Assembly: GCA_951406725.2 (NCBI GenBank)
Contig: OX597821.1
Location: 23,498,001 to 23,562,000, forward strand
DNA length: 64,000 nt
Direction of reading: 5' to 3'
DNA from: Octopus vulgaris
Taxonomy: Eukaryota
Both the position numbers and the translations under genes were made by a program. Positions 26,585 to 40,082 of the stretch are shown piece after piece; positions within the stretch are counted from its first letter, which is position 1; each line of letters starts with the position of its first letter. Below the pieces are notes generated by a model. That model did no database searches and was not told the DNA's origin. It worked only from the letters and a program-made list of their open reading frames with translations.

Positions 26585-26784
26585 GCACAAGGCCAGCAAT
26601 TTCTGAAAAGGGGATGAGTCGATTAAATCCACCCCAGTGTTCAACTGGTACTTATTTCATCGACTCCGAGAGGATGAAAGGCTAAGTCGACCTCGGCAGA
26701 ATTTGAACTCAGACAGTAAAGACGGACGAAATATTGCTAAGCATTTTGCCCAGCGTGCTAACGTTTCTGCCAACTCGCTGCCTT
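26585..26784 (-). mobile_element. SINE family B (older copy)
   Basis: Core and head match. Confidence 0.8.
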
Positions 26785-27044
26785 TAGAGAAAGTAAACAT
26801 TAACATCAAACTGGGAAGTGAGATGCTCGAACCGGTTGAAATTGTACAAGTGTCCTGGACACCAAATTTCTGATGAAGCTATAAGTAAGAAAACAATTGG
26901 GACACGGCTAGCCATGGCAAGAATGTTCATGGAAACGCTTAACACCAAAAGTACCAAGCAGTTATAAATAACCGCTTTTGCTTTTAACTTTTTAAAAATT
27001 TTACGACTGTATTGAATGCGAAATCATGAGCATCATTTCATATT

Positions 27045-27451
27045 ACTCTTTTACTTGTTTCAGTCATTTGACTGCGGCCATGCTGGAGCACCGCCTTTAA
27101 TCGAGCAACTCGACCCCGGGACTTATTCTTTTTTGTAAGCCCAGTACTTATCCTATCGGTGTCTTTTGCCGAACCGCTAAGTGACGGGGACGTAAACACA
27201 CCAGCATCGGTTGTCAAGCAATGCTAGGGGGACAAACACAGACACACAAACACACACTCACACACACACACATATATATATATACATATATACGACAGGC
27301 TTCTTTCAGTTTCCGTCTACCAAATCCGCTCACAAGGCTTTGGTCGGCCCGGGGCTATAGCAGAAGACGCTTGCCCAAGATTCCACGCAGTGGGACTGAA
27401 CCCGGAACCATGTGGTTGGTTAGCAAGCTACCTACCACACAGCCACTCCTG
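27045..27451 (-). mobile_element. SINE family C
   Basis: Full-length match. Confidence 0.9.
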
Positions 27452-27639
27452 TAATTTTTTTTTCTTTTTTAACGTAAATTTTTGTCAATAAATGCTAAAA
27501 GACTGTATTTTCAAATCCTTTATTCACTGCATTTGCTTATATCTAAAATAAATTGTATTAAATAAAGATTTTCAATACCGGTCAAAAATGACCGCTATGC
27601 TCCCTGAAAGAAGTAAGAAATTATTGGTAGGTACTTCTA

Positions 27640-28035
27640 GAGTTAATAACATCTGGACGAGGAAAAGTGTCCCAATTAAGTTAAAAACAAGCACTCATTT
27701 GGTCAATAGGCATTTGTGATTGCGAAGCATGGACTCTGAACAAATTTAAAGCGAACATAATAAGTGTGCTTCAAATGTGAGTGTATAGGAGAATGTTACG
27801 CGTCTCCTACAAGCATCATCGGACAACTCATCTATAATGGTCGTATTCGAAGAAGCAGAGGTCTGGCAAACATTATCATGGAAGAAAGAGTAGACGGCAG
27901 TAGATCAAAGAGACAGGCAAATAACGCAATGGGTGGACGATATCAAGAGCAGGTTGAACAAGATTGGCAAGGCATCTACAGAACTCACGCTTTTTCAGGG
28001 AGTCTTTCGTTGTCATCAATGCGTTGCAGGCATAC
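27640..28035 (+). mobile_element. RTE-clade LINE 3' fragment
   Basis: ALIWSIGICDCEAWTL, LQM*VYRRMLRVS, IIMEERVDGSRS. Confidence 0.75.
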
Positions 28036-28042
28036 TATATAT

Positions 28043-28423
28043 GGAGGCGCAATGGCCCAGTGGTTAGGGCAGCGGACTCGCGGTCGTAGGATCGCGGTTT
28101 CGATTCCCAGACCGGGCGTTGTGAGTGTTTACTGAGCGAAAACACCTAAAGCTCCACGAGGCTCCGGCAGGGGATGGTGGTGATCCCTGCTGTACTCTTT
28201 CACCACAACTTCCTCTCACTCTTACTTCCTGTTTCTGTTGTACCTGTATTTCAAAGGGCCGGCCTTGTCACTCTCTGTATCACGCTGAATATCCCCGAGA
28301 ACTACGTTAAGGGTACACGTGTCTGTGGAGTGCTCAGCCACTTACACGTTAATTTCACGAGCAGGCTGTTCCGTTGATTCGGATCAACCGTAACCCTCGT
28401 CGTCGTAACCGACGGAGTGCTTC
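28043..28423 (+). mobile_element. SINE family A, tail 1
   Basis: Full-length match. Confidence 0.92.
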
Positions 28424-29696
28424 TACATATGTATGACGACGACGATGCGTGGAATAAAATATAATTCAAGGTATGATCATTTGTGTTTACTATGTGTCTG
28501 AGTCATATGGCTGTGTGTGCATGTGTGTGATATATGTATGTTTTTTTGTGTATATGCGTGTATTTGTTTCCTTGTGCGTGCATGAGTTTGTATGTGTTTT
28601 TGTATGGCTTATATTAATGTGTTCGCATTTGTTGGTAGTATACGCATGCACACACAAATATACACACACGCAAATCTATCTATATATATGTGTGTATGTA
28701 TGTGTGTTTGCTTATGCGTGCGTATATTTGAACATTTAAGTATGTTTGAGTGTGTGTGCGTGTATATATGTATGTGTGAGTATGTGTGCGCGCGTACGTG
28801 TTCTTAGAATAAAGTTCATGTAAGAAAAGCCATAACAATACTGTGTTCCATCTATCATGTCAGGCGATTTCCCTTTAAATAATTTTTAACAGGAATTTAT
28901 TGTAATGTCAAATGGTCCCTATGACTTCTGTCAATGATTTAAGATCCACATTGCAATAAAGCAGTCGTTTTACAATATGAGGTTTCTCTGTGATACAAAG
29001 ATCACATTTCGAAGGTCCATTTTTTAATTAACTTTTATGGCTTAATCAGGGGAGAAAAAAATCCAGAGCCCCTGACCCTTTTTCAAGGCCTTCGAGATGA
29101 CTGGGAAGAGGTGGAGGGTGGAGGAAAGAAAGGGGAAGGAAAAGAAGGAGGAAGAAAAGGGGAGGAGGAGGAGGAGGAGGAGGAGGAATGGGAGGAGGAG
29201 GAGGAGGAGGAGGAAGGGGAGGAGGAAGATTTATTCCCTGACCTGGCTCGAACGCTTGGTAGGTTTGTAGCACAGTAGATTATGTTAATGCCAGCTGGTG
29301 ACGTTGTACCGGTCTGCATATTAGGTTTATAAATAGACTAGCATGATCGAAGATCGATCAAGCTAATGTTTAATTTGTTTCCCGTAATCAGTAATCATTT
29401 CTGGGATAAACACAATATGGACGGCGAGTCGAGGATAGACGACTGAGTAAGGACTGTCTGAATGGAAATGTTACCAAATCAGGTAGTTCCAAGAAGCAGA
29501 GGACGTGGTAGTAGTGGTATAAATGGGGGAAGAGTGAAGACAGGCTGTCTGTGGGCCAGATGCTGGTGTGCGGTAGTGAGCTACATCATATGTGCGTGTG
29601 CATGCGAGTTTGTGTATGCGCGCGCGTATGTGTACTTTTATGTTTGTGTGTGTGTGTGTGTGTGAGTGTGGCTTATATGTAAGTACATGCGAATTT

Positions 29697-29928
29697 ATTC
29701 TTTTACTTGTTTCAGTCATTAGCCAGTGGAAATACTAGGGCACAATCTTCCAGGGTTTAGTCAAGCAAATCGACGCCAGCACTTATTTTTATACCCGATA
29801 CTTGTGCTTTTGATCTATGTCGAACATCCAGCTTACGGGGACATAAATAAGCCAACACCGGTCATCTAGCGGTGGTGGGAACAAACACAGACACTCAGAC
29901 ACTCACACACGTACATACACGTACATAC

Positions 29929-29970
<42 letters not shown>

Positions 29971-30127
29971 GAAGGTCTTCTTTCAGTTTCTTGTAGCCAA
30001 ATCCATTTACAAGACTTTAGTCGGCCCGAGGTTATAGACGAAGACATTTTCCCAAAGTACCACGCAGTGGGACTGAACCTGGAACCCTGTAGTGGGAAAG
30101 CAAACTTCTTACTATCGAATCACGCCT
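29697..30127 (-). mobile_element. SINE family C (diverged)
   Basis: Colinear match. Confidence 0.75.
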
Positions 30128-30192
30128 GTTACATTTGTTTAAATATATACATATGACTGTATGTATGTGTATGAATGTAAATATGTGTGTGT

Positions 30193-30423
30193 AGGGCGGC
30201 GAGCTGGCAGAGACGTTAGCACGCCGGGCGAAGTACTTCGTGGTATTTCGCCCGTCGCTGTGTTCTGAGTTCAAATTCCGTCGAGGTCGACTTTGCCTTT
30301 CATCCTTTCGGGGTCGATAAATTAAGTACCAGTTACGCACTGGGGCCGATGTAATCGACTTAATTCCTTTGTCTGTCCTTGTTTGTCCCCTCTGTGTTTA
30401 GCCCCTTGTGGGCAATAAAGAAA
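30193..30423 (+). mobile_element. SINE family B, tail 1
   Basis: Full-length match. Confidence 0.9.
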
Positions 30424-30787
30424 CAGAATGTAGATATGTGTGTGTGTATATATAGATATATGCACACACATATAATTATACACGTTCACACATACACACA
30501 CACACACAGAGGGGCAGAGTATAGCTCTGAAGGCTTTGGTAAACCCCACGTTATACAGGAATATCGAGGTGTCGTGTACAAAGATCGAATCTTGGACATT
30601 ATGTGGTTAGCTAAATATACAGCTCTATGTGTGTGTATATTTATACAGACACACAAATACACATATATTCACAAACGCTCATGCGTACATATCATATATG
30701 TATACATGCACAAATCCATGTGTGTGTGCGCCCGCGTCTATATGTGTGAGTGTGTTTAAACACACACACACAAATATATATTCTTTT

Positions 30788-31234
30788 TTTTTCTACTCTA
30801 GACACAAGGCCCGAGATTTTTGAGGAGGTGGCGCCAGTCGATTAGATCGACCCCAGTATGCAACTGGAACTTAATTTATCGACCCCGAAAGGATGAAAGG
30901 CAAAGTCGACCTCGGCGGAATTTGAACTCAGAACGTAAAGACAGACGAGGTACCGTTAAGTATTTCGCTCGGTGTGCTAACGTTTCTGCCAGCTCGCTGC
31001 CTTACACATACATATATATTCTTTTCTACTCTAGGTAGAAGGCCCGAAATTTTAAGGAAGGGGACCTGTCGATTAGATCGATCCCAGAACGCAACTGCTA
31101 CTTAATTTATCGACCCCGAAAGGATGAAAGGCAAAGTCGACCTCGGCGGAATTTGAACTTAGAATGCAACGGCAGGCGAAATACGGCTACGCATTTCGCT
31201 CGGCGTGCTAACGTTTCTGCCAGCTCGCCGCCTT
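30788..31234 (-). mobile_element. Two adjacent SINE family B copies, tail 2
   Basis: 30788-31003 and 31020-31234. Confidence 0.88.
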
Positions 31235-31329
31235 ACACATATTTTGTATGGATACTTATATGTTTGCAACAGTCTATCTATCGCTCACCTACCTACAAAC
31301 TTACCTACATACCTACATACCTACCTACC

Positions 31330-31389
<60 letters not shown>

Positions 31390-31659
31390 ATATATATATA
31401 TATATATATGTATGTATATGTATATGTATATCTGTATATATATAGACGTACCAACCTACCTACTTACCTACCTGTCTATCTATCTCTCTATCTCTCTATC
31501 TCTCTATCTATCTATCTAAAAAAAGATGGGTGAATGTAGCAAGAATGGCACGTATGAATGACGAAGCCACCTTGAGCATAGTCCTATGAACCCAGAAATC
31601 GAAAACAGAGAGTTGCTTATTTGCAAAAAAAAAAAAAAAAAAAAAAAGAAATATAAAAT

Positions 31660-31980
31660 GTGACTTCATTGACCGAGGTTACCGTGGTCTTTTCCGTAGG
31701 CTTTTCTTTCCACGGGTAAACCTCACCTGTCCTCCCCTTTACACTTCATATTGACATTTCTGTGATAACGATCCCTATTGATCAATTTTTTTTTTTTTTT
31801 TTTCTCTCCCCCCTTTTTTCTTAACCCCCCTTTTTTTGTCCTCTTTCTCTCCTTTTACGATCCCTTTTGATCGAAACTCCCCCTTCCTTTTTTTTTTTTT
31901 TTTTTTAAACCTTCAAAAGAAAAGCTCTACCTTGTAATTTGTTCTATCTGTGTGCAGCCCTGTGTGGCTAATAAAGAAAC
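31660..31980 (+). mobile_element. Probable LINE 3' UTR ending in a SINE-B-like tail
   Basis: Ends GTGCAGCCCTGTGTGGCTAATAAAGAAA; compare SINE B tail 1 GTTTAGCCCCTTGTGGGCAATAAAGAAA. Confidence 0.5.
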
Positions 31981-31999
31981 ATATCTATCTATCTATCTC

Positions 32000-32030
<31 letters not shown>

Positions 32031-32099
32031 CTCTATCTATCTACCTGTCTATCTATCTCTCTATCTATCTCTCTATCTCTCTCTCTATCTATCTATCTC

Positions 32100-32159
<60 letters not shown>

Positions 32160-33343
32160 GCCCATAGCTTCCTTTCCCTCGGCGGTTCGTTAACCCACAT
32201 CATCAACTCCATATACACCCACATCCCATTACTGCACTGGACCGATCTGGAAGCGATCTCTTGACTCATCAAATTTATCATTCGATTTCCTGTTTCTTGT
32301 ATTAATCATGGCTCTAACCAATCACAACAACTTCCTTTCATCCCCACCTTCCCCACCGAGCTCATTTTTTGTTTTCCTCACTTCCTTCTCTTTCCCTCCA
32401 TTTCTACTGTCTTCTGTCTCCTCTCATTTTTTTTGGTTTTTTTTGGCCCTTTGTCGTCGCTATCTTGTTGGTGTTGATGCTGTTGTTGTTGTTGTTGTTG
32501 TTGTTGTCGTCGTTGTCGTCGTTGTTGTTGTTGCTGTTGTTGTTGTTGTTGTTGTTGTTGTTGCTCTTCTTCTTCTTCTTCTTCTTCTTCTTCTTCTTCT
32601 TCTTCTTCTTCTCCTCCTCCTACGATGACGACGATGACCCCCACCACCAATTGTAAACTGTCATGGTAAGGTCTCCGCTCATCTGATGCCCCTCTGGCAC
32701 ATAAAAGGGAATTATCATTACTATTATCATTATTATTATTATTGTGGTTGTTGTTGTTGTTGTTGTTGTTGTTGTTGATACTCTTGTTACTTCTAATCGT
32801 CCTCTTTTTTCCGTCACCACCGCCACCGTTTACCTCCACATTCTAAAAAAAATCTGCCAGAGGAAATCACGAGAAATCCTAGAACGAAGTAGCCAAACAT
32901 AGTGGTGTTGCTAGTTGATGGTAAGAGTCATGACGGTGGTGGTGGTGGTGGTAGAGGAAGAGGTGGTGGTAGTAGTAGTGGTGGTGGTGGTAGTAGATGA
33001 AGAGGTGGTGGTAGTAGTAGTGGTGGTGGTGGTGGTGGTGGTAGTAGAGGAAGAGGTGGTGGTAGTAGTAGTAGTGGTGGTGGTGGTGGTGATGGTAGTG
33101 GTAAGCTTTTATAAAAGATGGAAGTGGAGACGGTAGCTGTAGTTGTGGCGTGGTGGCAGTTCTGGTGATTGCGAAGTTGAATCTTAGAACCGAATCAATA
33201 AACGAGGAGCAGTAAGAGCAGACGTTGGGAGCGGGAAGCACGGAAGGTGTAGGAGGAAGTGCAGGAGAAGGAAGAGGTAGTTAAAGGCTGGGAAGGTGGG
33301 GAAGTGGATGTTTAGTATAGTGGGAGTGGGTGAGGTGTATAAC

Positions 33344-33568
33344 TCTCTTTTACTCTTTTACTTGTTTCAGTCATTTGACTGCGGCCATGCTGGAGCACCG
33401 CCTTTAGTCGAGCAAATCGACCCGGGACTTATTCTTTTGTAAGCCCAGTGATTATTCTATCGGTCTCTTTTGCCGAACCGCTAAGTGACGGGGACGTAAA
33501 CACACCAGCATCGGTTGTCAAGCAATGCCTGGGGGACAAACACAGACACACAAACATATACACACACA

Positions 33569-33621
<53 letters not shown>

Positions 33622-33779
33622 GACAGACTTCTTTCAGTTTCCGTCTACCAAATCCACTCACAGGCATTGGTCAGCCCGGGGCTATAGCAGAAGACACTTG
33701 CCCAAGATGCCACGCAGTGGACTGAACCCGGAACCATGTGGTTGGTTAGCAAGCTATTTACCACACAGCCACTCCTGCA
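33344..33779 (-). mobile_element. SINE family C
   Basis: Full-length match. Confidence 0.9.
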
Positions 33780-33859
33780 CTTTCAGTTTAGACAGACCCC
33801 GAAACTAGAACCTGTGGAGTTCGGTTCTGACTTCATGTACGTTAGAATTGCTCGCCTTT

Positions 33860-34750
33860 TCTTTAGATTGATCTCATATAGGAAAGATTTAAAAGTATGT
33901 AGGTTAAATTAGATCACATGCAGTCTGGGTTTGATCTCATGTAGGTTAAATGTGGCTATATGTAGGTTAGATCTGATTGCCATGTAGGCTGGATTTGAAT
34001 ACGGGTAGGTTAATTTGGATCACAAGTAGTTTAGTTTTGATCCCATGCTAGTTAGTTTTCATTACATGTAAGTTAAATAGGATCACGTGTCCATTAGATT
34101 TTTATACCACATGGATTGAATTTGACCTGTTGTAGCTTAGATTTGATCTCATGTAGACTAAATAAAATCACTTATAGGTTATACTTTACTTTATGTTGAT
34201 TAGATTAGATCACATGTAGATTACATTTGATACCATGTAAGTTATTGATAACATGTATGTTGTACTTTATGTGAATACATGTAAATTAAATGAGATCAAA
34301 TGTAGGTTAAATTTTACCTCGTGTAGATTAAATCCGATCGCACTTAAGTTGGATATTTATACCATGTAGGTTAGATTTCACGCGATATTTGTGAGCTGTG
34401 ATCTCATGCAGGTTAAATTAAATGCATGTAACGTACATCTCACCTCATGTAGGTTAAATTAGCTAACATGTAGGTTAGATTGTATCACATGTAAGGTAAA
34501 TTGACACTAGATGTTGCATTTGTTCACATGTAGACTAAATTTGACATAGTCAAGAGTAGAATACTTGAAATGTTGATAAACGTTTGATGTCATGTCGGAT
34601 AGATTTTATTCTGTTGTAGTTTAAATTTGATTACATGTACATTAGATCTGATTGTATGCTGGTAAGATTAAGTCATATGTAACTTAGAACGAACCTCATG
34701 TAAGTTAGATTTTATTACATGTACGTCAAATTTATTCACATATAGATTAG
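33860..34750. repeat. Degenerate 21-bp minisatellite (consensus about CATGTAGGTTAGATTTGATCT), about 40 units
   Basis: CATGTAG recurs at about 21-bp spacing. Confidence 0.85.
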
Positions 34751-34867
34751 ATTTGTTTTTTGTGAACACACACACACACCCACATATGTATATATACACG
34801 CATGTGTTTATGTATGCATGCGTGTATTTGAATATATGTATTACTTACATAGCTACATATATATATA

Positions 34868-34915
<48 letters not shown>

Positions 34916-35160
34916 TTAATATGGCAAAGCAATCTTGGGTTATCCAACAAAATGCTAAAATTCCCTGCAAACGTCACATGACAGAATGACCGGTTTTAAA
35001 ACTCGTTACCCTTCCAGAGTTTGCACTTAATTCTACCGCTCTGCTGTGTGTTAACTTGCATAAAAAAAAAATATTTCTCAACTTACAAGTGGGTAAGCTA
35101 ATTCACATTTAGACGTGAAAATTGCAATATATACCAGACGCAGCATAACAACTACACAAA

Positions 35161-35245
<85 letters not shown>

Positions 35246-36085
35246 TGTATTTGTGTGTCTGTGTTTGTCCTCCCAGCATCGCCTGATAACTGATGCCGGT
35301 GTGTTTACAAACTGCGGTTCGGCAAAATGACTGAACAAAACAAAAGAATAAAAGAAGATATATATATATAAAACTGAAATGCGTTTTTACCGCTTCGATC
35401 GCTTTCAATGCCACTACATCCCGTCCGATTCGCTCCAAAATTTACAGGGACATGTAGAATGAGGTGACGATGCCCGTGGGTTACCTTAGAAAACCCTATC
35501 TTGAAACTTGTGGTTGCTAGGGGCCATCTTCCTCACTCACGCTATTTCCTCCTTTCCCTCTCTTACTCCCCTTCATTTATAACTTTGAGAATATCCACTC
35601 CCGTTATTTAATGTATTCCCCTCAACTCCCTTTCACTTTCCCTTTATAAGTTCGTCAGACGGCTTTCTTTGATGTATCTGTCTGCATTCATAGGGAGAAT
35701 TATCATCGCTACCAAGAACACACAATCATGAGAACAAATATTATGAATCAGATATTCATTGCATTCATTTATATATGTGTGTGTGTGTGTGTTCGATATA
35801 TAAATATGTATATATAATGTATATATACAAAGTGTATATATCTGTATTTATGTATATTAAACTTTTTAATACTTTTTGATAGTTATATGTATTTTTAAAC
35901 AAATTATAAATATAATTTAATAATTTTTATTTTAAATTTAAATAATTTAAAGTTTTCAATTTTATATATTTTCTATATTATATTTTTATTTTTATGTTTT
36001 TGTTTTTGTTTTTTTTTGCCTATTAGTGGTTTTATCTCTAATTTAATTTATACATATATATATATAATTTGTATATATAATGCGT

Positions 36086-36138
<53 letters not shown>

Positions 36139-36191
36139 ATGTGTGCATTATGTGGTCGGTCGGTTCAGCTGAAAATATGCACACCTATGAA

Positions 36192-37083
36192 CCCTTTCGT
36201 TACTATATTTCTGACCAAAATACACCCCTTATGTGTTTCAATTAATTTCTAACATAATCATAAAGTTAGTCTGGTTTCATTAAACAACTATAACTTTTTT
36301 TATTTATCAATATATTAATGTGATTTTTGGAAGATAATTGAATGAAATGTTCTCAACCAATTCTATACTATAATTTTTGTCACAAAGTGACTCTAATTGC
36401 AGGTAGATACAGGTAAATTCAACAAACTATAAACTTATTAAAAATTTGTTCAAACATCGCTATAGAAAATGGGTTATTAGCTAATATTCAATTGGGTATA
36501 CAACAAAATTTAACGATAGAATTTGTTATTCTGGGTAACTTTCTGATACCCATAATAATATTTATGGCAAAATAGTCTTAATTTCATTTAAGGTTTCACT
36601 CCATTCAGGTGCCAATTCATTTTCTTTATCGCTGTCGGAGCTCTCGGATTCACTGTTTTCACTTTCGGAAAATGAAACATTAGATTCATTATCAAATACC
36701 ACGTGCTTTTTTTTTCAGTCATAGAGTTAGATTTATCATGGTCTTCAGTAGAAAATCCTTCGAATTCTGACTCGCTGCTTGATATGATGAAATTCGTATC
36801 CATTTTTTGTCAGAATTACAAAGTTTGAAAACACAATAGGAACAAATTTTGGAAAAAAATCTCCCAAAATTCACGGAATTAAAATTACACTTCGATTGTT
36901 GTACAAAACTGTAGATGAACTGTTTACGAAGTATAATCACGTGTTTTCACGAATGTAATAAAGAGATTTGCTCTGATAATCTCATTTAAATATGAATAGG
37001 TAAATACGGGCGGGTTTGGGCGGTTTGGTCACATTAACCAAAATTTTTTTCGGGCGGCTTTGGGCGGTTTGGTAACGAAAGGG
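36192..37083 (-). mobile_element. Internally deleted piggyBac element
   Basis: TIRs CCCTTTCGTTAC / GTAACGAAAGGG flanked by TGAA and TTAA; acidic transposase N-terminus MDTNFIISSSESEFEGF (36803 downward). Confidence 0.85.
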
Positions 37084-37857
37084 TTAAAAGTGCTGGCAAG
37101 TTTGCATGACAACTATCTTTTTACTCAAATGAAAGGCGTGACCTCTAGGACAAAATTCCTCATCTTATAAAATGTGGCCCCAGTAGACCCGAATGAAATC
37201 GGGTTATATTAACCAAAAAGTGAAAAGGGGTATAAATGGGGCTGGAAGGGGATAAAAATTTAAAGGAGCGAGTGTTTAGGAATTCTCTGTTAACATCAAG
37301 CTAAAAAATTTGCGCCAGCCTTTTAATCTTCAATGTGTTGCTGTCCATGATGAAGAGGTTTTGAATGCTTGCCATGGTGAGTCTACTGTCGTGAGAAAGA
37401 ATCACTTCAAAACTTGGTGTTTACGAATTTTCTTTTACATCAAGTTCAAAATTTTACGCCAGCCGTTAAACTGTCAATACGTTGCTGTCCGTCGTTAAGA
37501 AATGCCAGCCATGGTGACTCTACTATCCTCATATTCTATCCCTTCAAACTTTGCTTTCCAATATTTTATTATTTTTATTCAGCTCGCAAGTTCGTCTGTC
37601 CCTTTTAAATGTTAGCGTTTTGCTGTCTGCCTTGAAGCAGACCTTTCCGTTGCCACTGCCTGATATTTATGATTGATCTTTCTAAATATTTTATTTCTCA
37701 ACTTACTCAAGATCTTTTGTTGTTTATAAATGGGAGAGAGATAGATAAAGATAGAGAGTAAGAGAAAGCGAGGGAGAGTCCGAGAGAAAAGAAAAGTAAG
37801 AGAGTGGGAAAGTGAGAGAGAAAGGAGAGAGAAACAAAGAGGGAGAATCATCATCAT

Positions 37858-38025
37858 AATCATCATCGTTTAACGTCCATTTTCCGTGCTAGCACGGGTT
37901 GGACAGTTTGACCGGGGTCTGGGAAGCCAGGAGGCTGCACCAGGCTCCGGTCTGATCTGGCAGTGTTTCTACAGGTGGATGACCTTCCTAACGCCAACCA
38001 CTCTGTGAGTGTAGTGGGTGCTTTT
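37858..38025 (-). mobile_element. 3' end of an RTE-tailed SINE/LINE
   Basis: GGTTGGCGTTAGGAAGG ... GGACGTTAAACGATGATG tail on the minus strand. Confidence 0.7.
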
Positions 38026-38044
38026 TTTTACATACATATATATA

Positions 38045-38077
<33 letters not shown>

Positions 38078-38289
38078 ATCTATATAATAAATCTCTGAAC
38101 GAGGTATAAACAGTAACTGCACGACAATGTGAAGTATATTTGCCATCTAAATATGGATAACCACTAAGGGTGGATGTTACTGTAGCTTGTAGCCCCAGAA
38201 GAACATCTTCTCCAGCTGGCTATTGACACACTTTCTGTACCCTATCGGTATTTGCAGTGGGAAGCCATCCTTCCCATCGTCGACCTGAC

Positions 38290-38348
38290 GTGATACGCAC
38301 GGACCCGGGTTTCTGGATATTTACCCGTCATCAGCGCACGACAATCAC
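38290..38348 (-). ncRNA. Type I hammerhead ribozyme
   Basis: Minus strand: GTGAT tgt CGTGCG-CTGATGA-cGGGT aaat ATCCa-GAAA-CCCGGG-TC-CGTGCG t ATCAC; GUC site, palindromic stem III. Confidence 0.8.
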
Positions 38349-38497
38349 CGGTCTTCGATGCGAAGGGGTCCCGATGCAAAAACATATATACCAGGACTTC
38401 GATGGTTGCAACGAGAACTTCGTAACTAGCCGTCCATACTCTGTTTATATCTGAAATTTACATATATAATAACAAAATGTATGTAGCAAAATGCAGT

Positions 38498-38552
38498 ACA
38501 CCTTCTGGGACATCCGGATATTTCAGTGACTACTCGCTTCTTCAGCCGGTGT
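38498..38552 (-). ncRNA. Type I hammerhead ribozyme (second, different sequence)
   Basis: Minus strand: ACACCGG-CTGAAGA-AGcGA gtag TCaCT-GAAA-TATCCGGATG-TC-CC agaa GGTGT; GUC site. Confidence 0.75.
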
Positions 38553-39037
38553 TGGGAAAAAACTGCAGACTCCCTTTAAGATTTACTTTATTCTTATATA
38601 GTTTTCATTCATTGGACTTAGACTCAGCCTGGGCAGGATCGCCGTGGGTTTTAATCTATCATATAGAGCTCACTGCTTATTTTAGTCAGGTGTTTATTTT
38701 ATCACTCTCTACTTATTGAGTCGCTCGGTTACGTTCTTAGCGCAGCTTGGTTCCTCTAAGGACACAACTTCGTTTACTAAAGATTTGAACCCAGAAATAA
38801 TATATCGCAAGGCATTTTGCTTGCTACTCTACACATCTGCCATTCGATTGCCATAAAAAATATGCTTCAAATTTTGGTACAAGGCTAGCGATTTTAGGAG
38901 GAGGGTTTAGTCGATTATATGAACTCCAGCAAATGACTGGTACTTTATTTTAACGGCCGTGGAAAGATGAAAAGTAAAGTTGACCTCGGTGACATCTGAT
39001 CTTGGAACATAAAGAGCCAGAACAAATGCCACAAGGC

Positions 39038-39690
<653 letters not shown>

Positions 39691-39769
39691 TGACAATCTT
39701 TCCCAGCAAATGAAAGAAGTAGACAGCAATAATAATTCTCTAAAAGGAATATAGACAGTAACTGCTCGA

Positions 39770-40082
39770 CAACATAAGGGACTAAAGCCATCTGAATATG
39801 GCTAGGGACAGGGCAGGGTGGTGGGGGTGTTACTGTTGCATTTAGCCCCAGGCGAACATCGACGTCACCAGAAAGGCTCGACACCGTCACGGTGCCCTAA
39901 ACCTGCAAAGGGAGGTAATTCCCAAAGGGGGAATTACCTCCCTTTGCAGGTTTAGGGCACCGTGACGGTGTCGAGCCTTTCTGGTGACGTCGATGTTCGC
40001 CTGGGGCTAAATGCAACAGTAACACCCCCACCACCCTGCCCTGTCCCTAGCCATATTCAGATGGCTTTAGTCCCTTATGTTG
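39770..40082. repeat. Perfect palindrome: 154-bp arms, 5-nt loop
   Basis: 39770-39923 is the reverse complement of 39929-40082; loop AAAGG. Confidence 0.95.

Larger units (their letters stand above)
38083..38552 (-). mobile_element. Non-autonomous Penelope-like/retrozyme-like element with two hammerheads
   Basis: 38083-38275 is homologous to 39727-39923, 53810-53930 and 54390-54480; two HHR folds lie upstream on the minus strand. Confidence 0.7.

Noticed and set aside
26862-26900. Hammerhead at CTGATGA..GAAA
   Set aside because: No stem III or NUH triplet; weak stem II
29500-29600. TATA-box promoter (TATAAAT near 29518)
   Set aside because: A single short motif with no supporting gene structure
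33860-34750. CRISPR-like array or heptad-coding repeat
   Set aside because: No constant repeat with unique spacers, eukaryotic context, and no sustained ORF
35630-35662. Minus-strand CTGACGA..GAAA
   Set aside because: No stem III or stem I pairing
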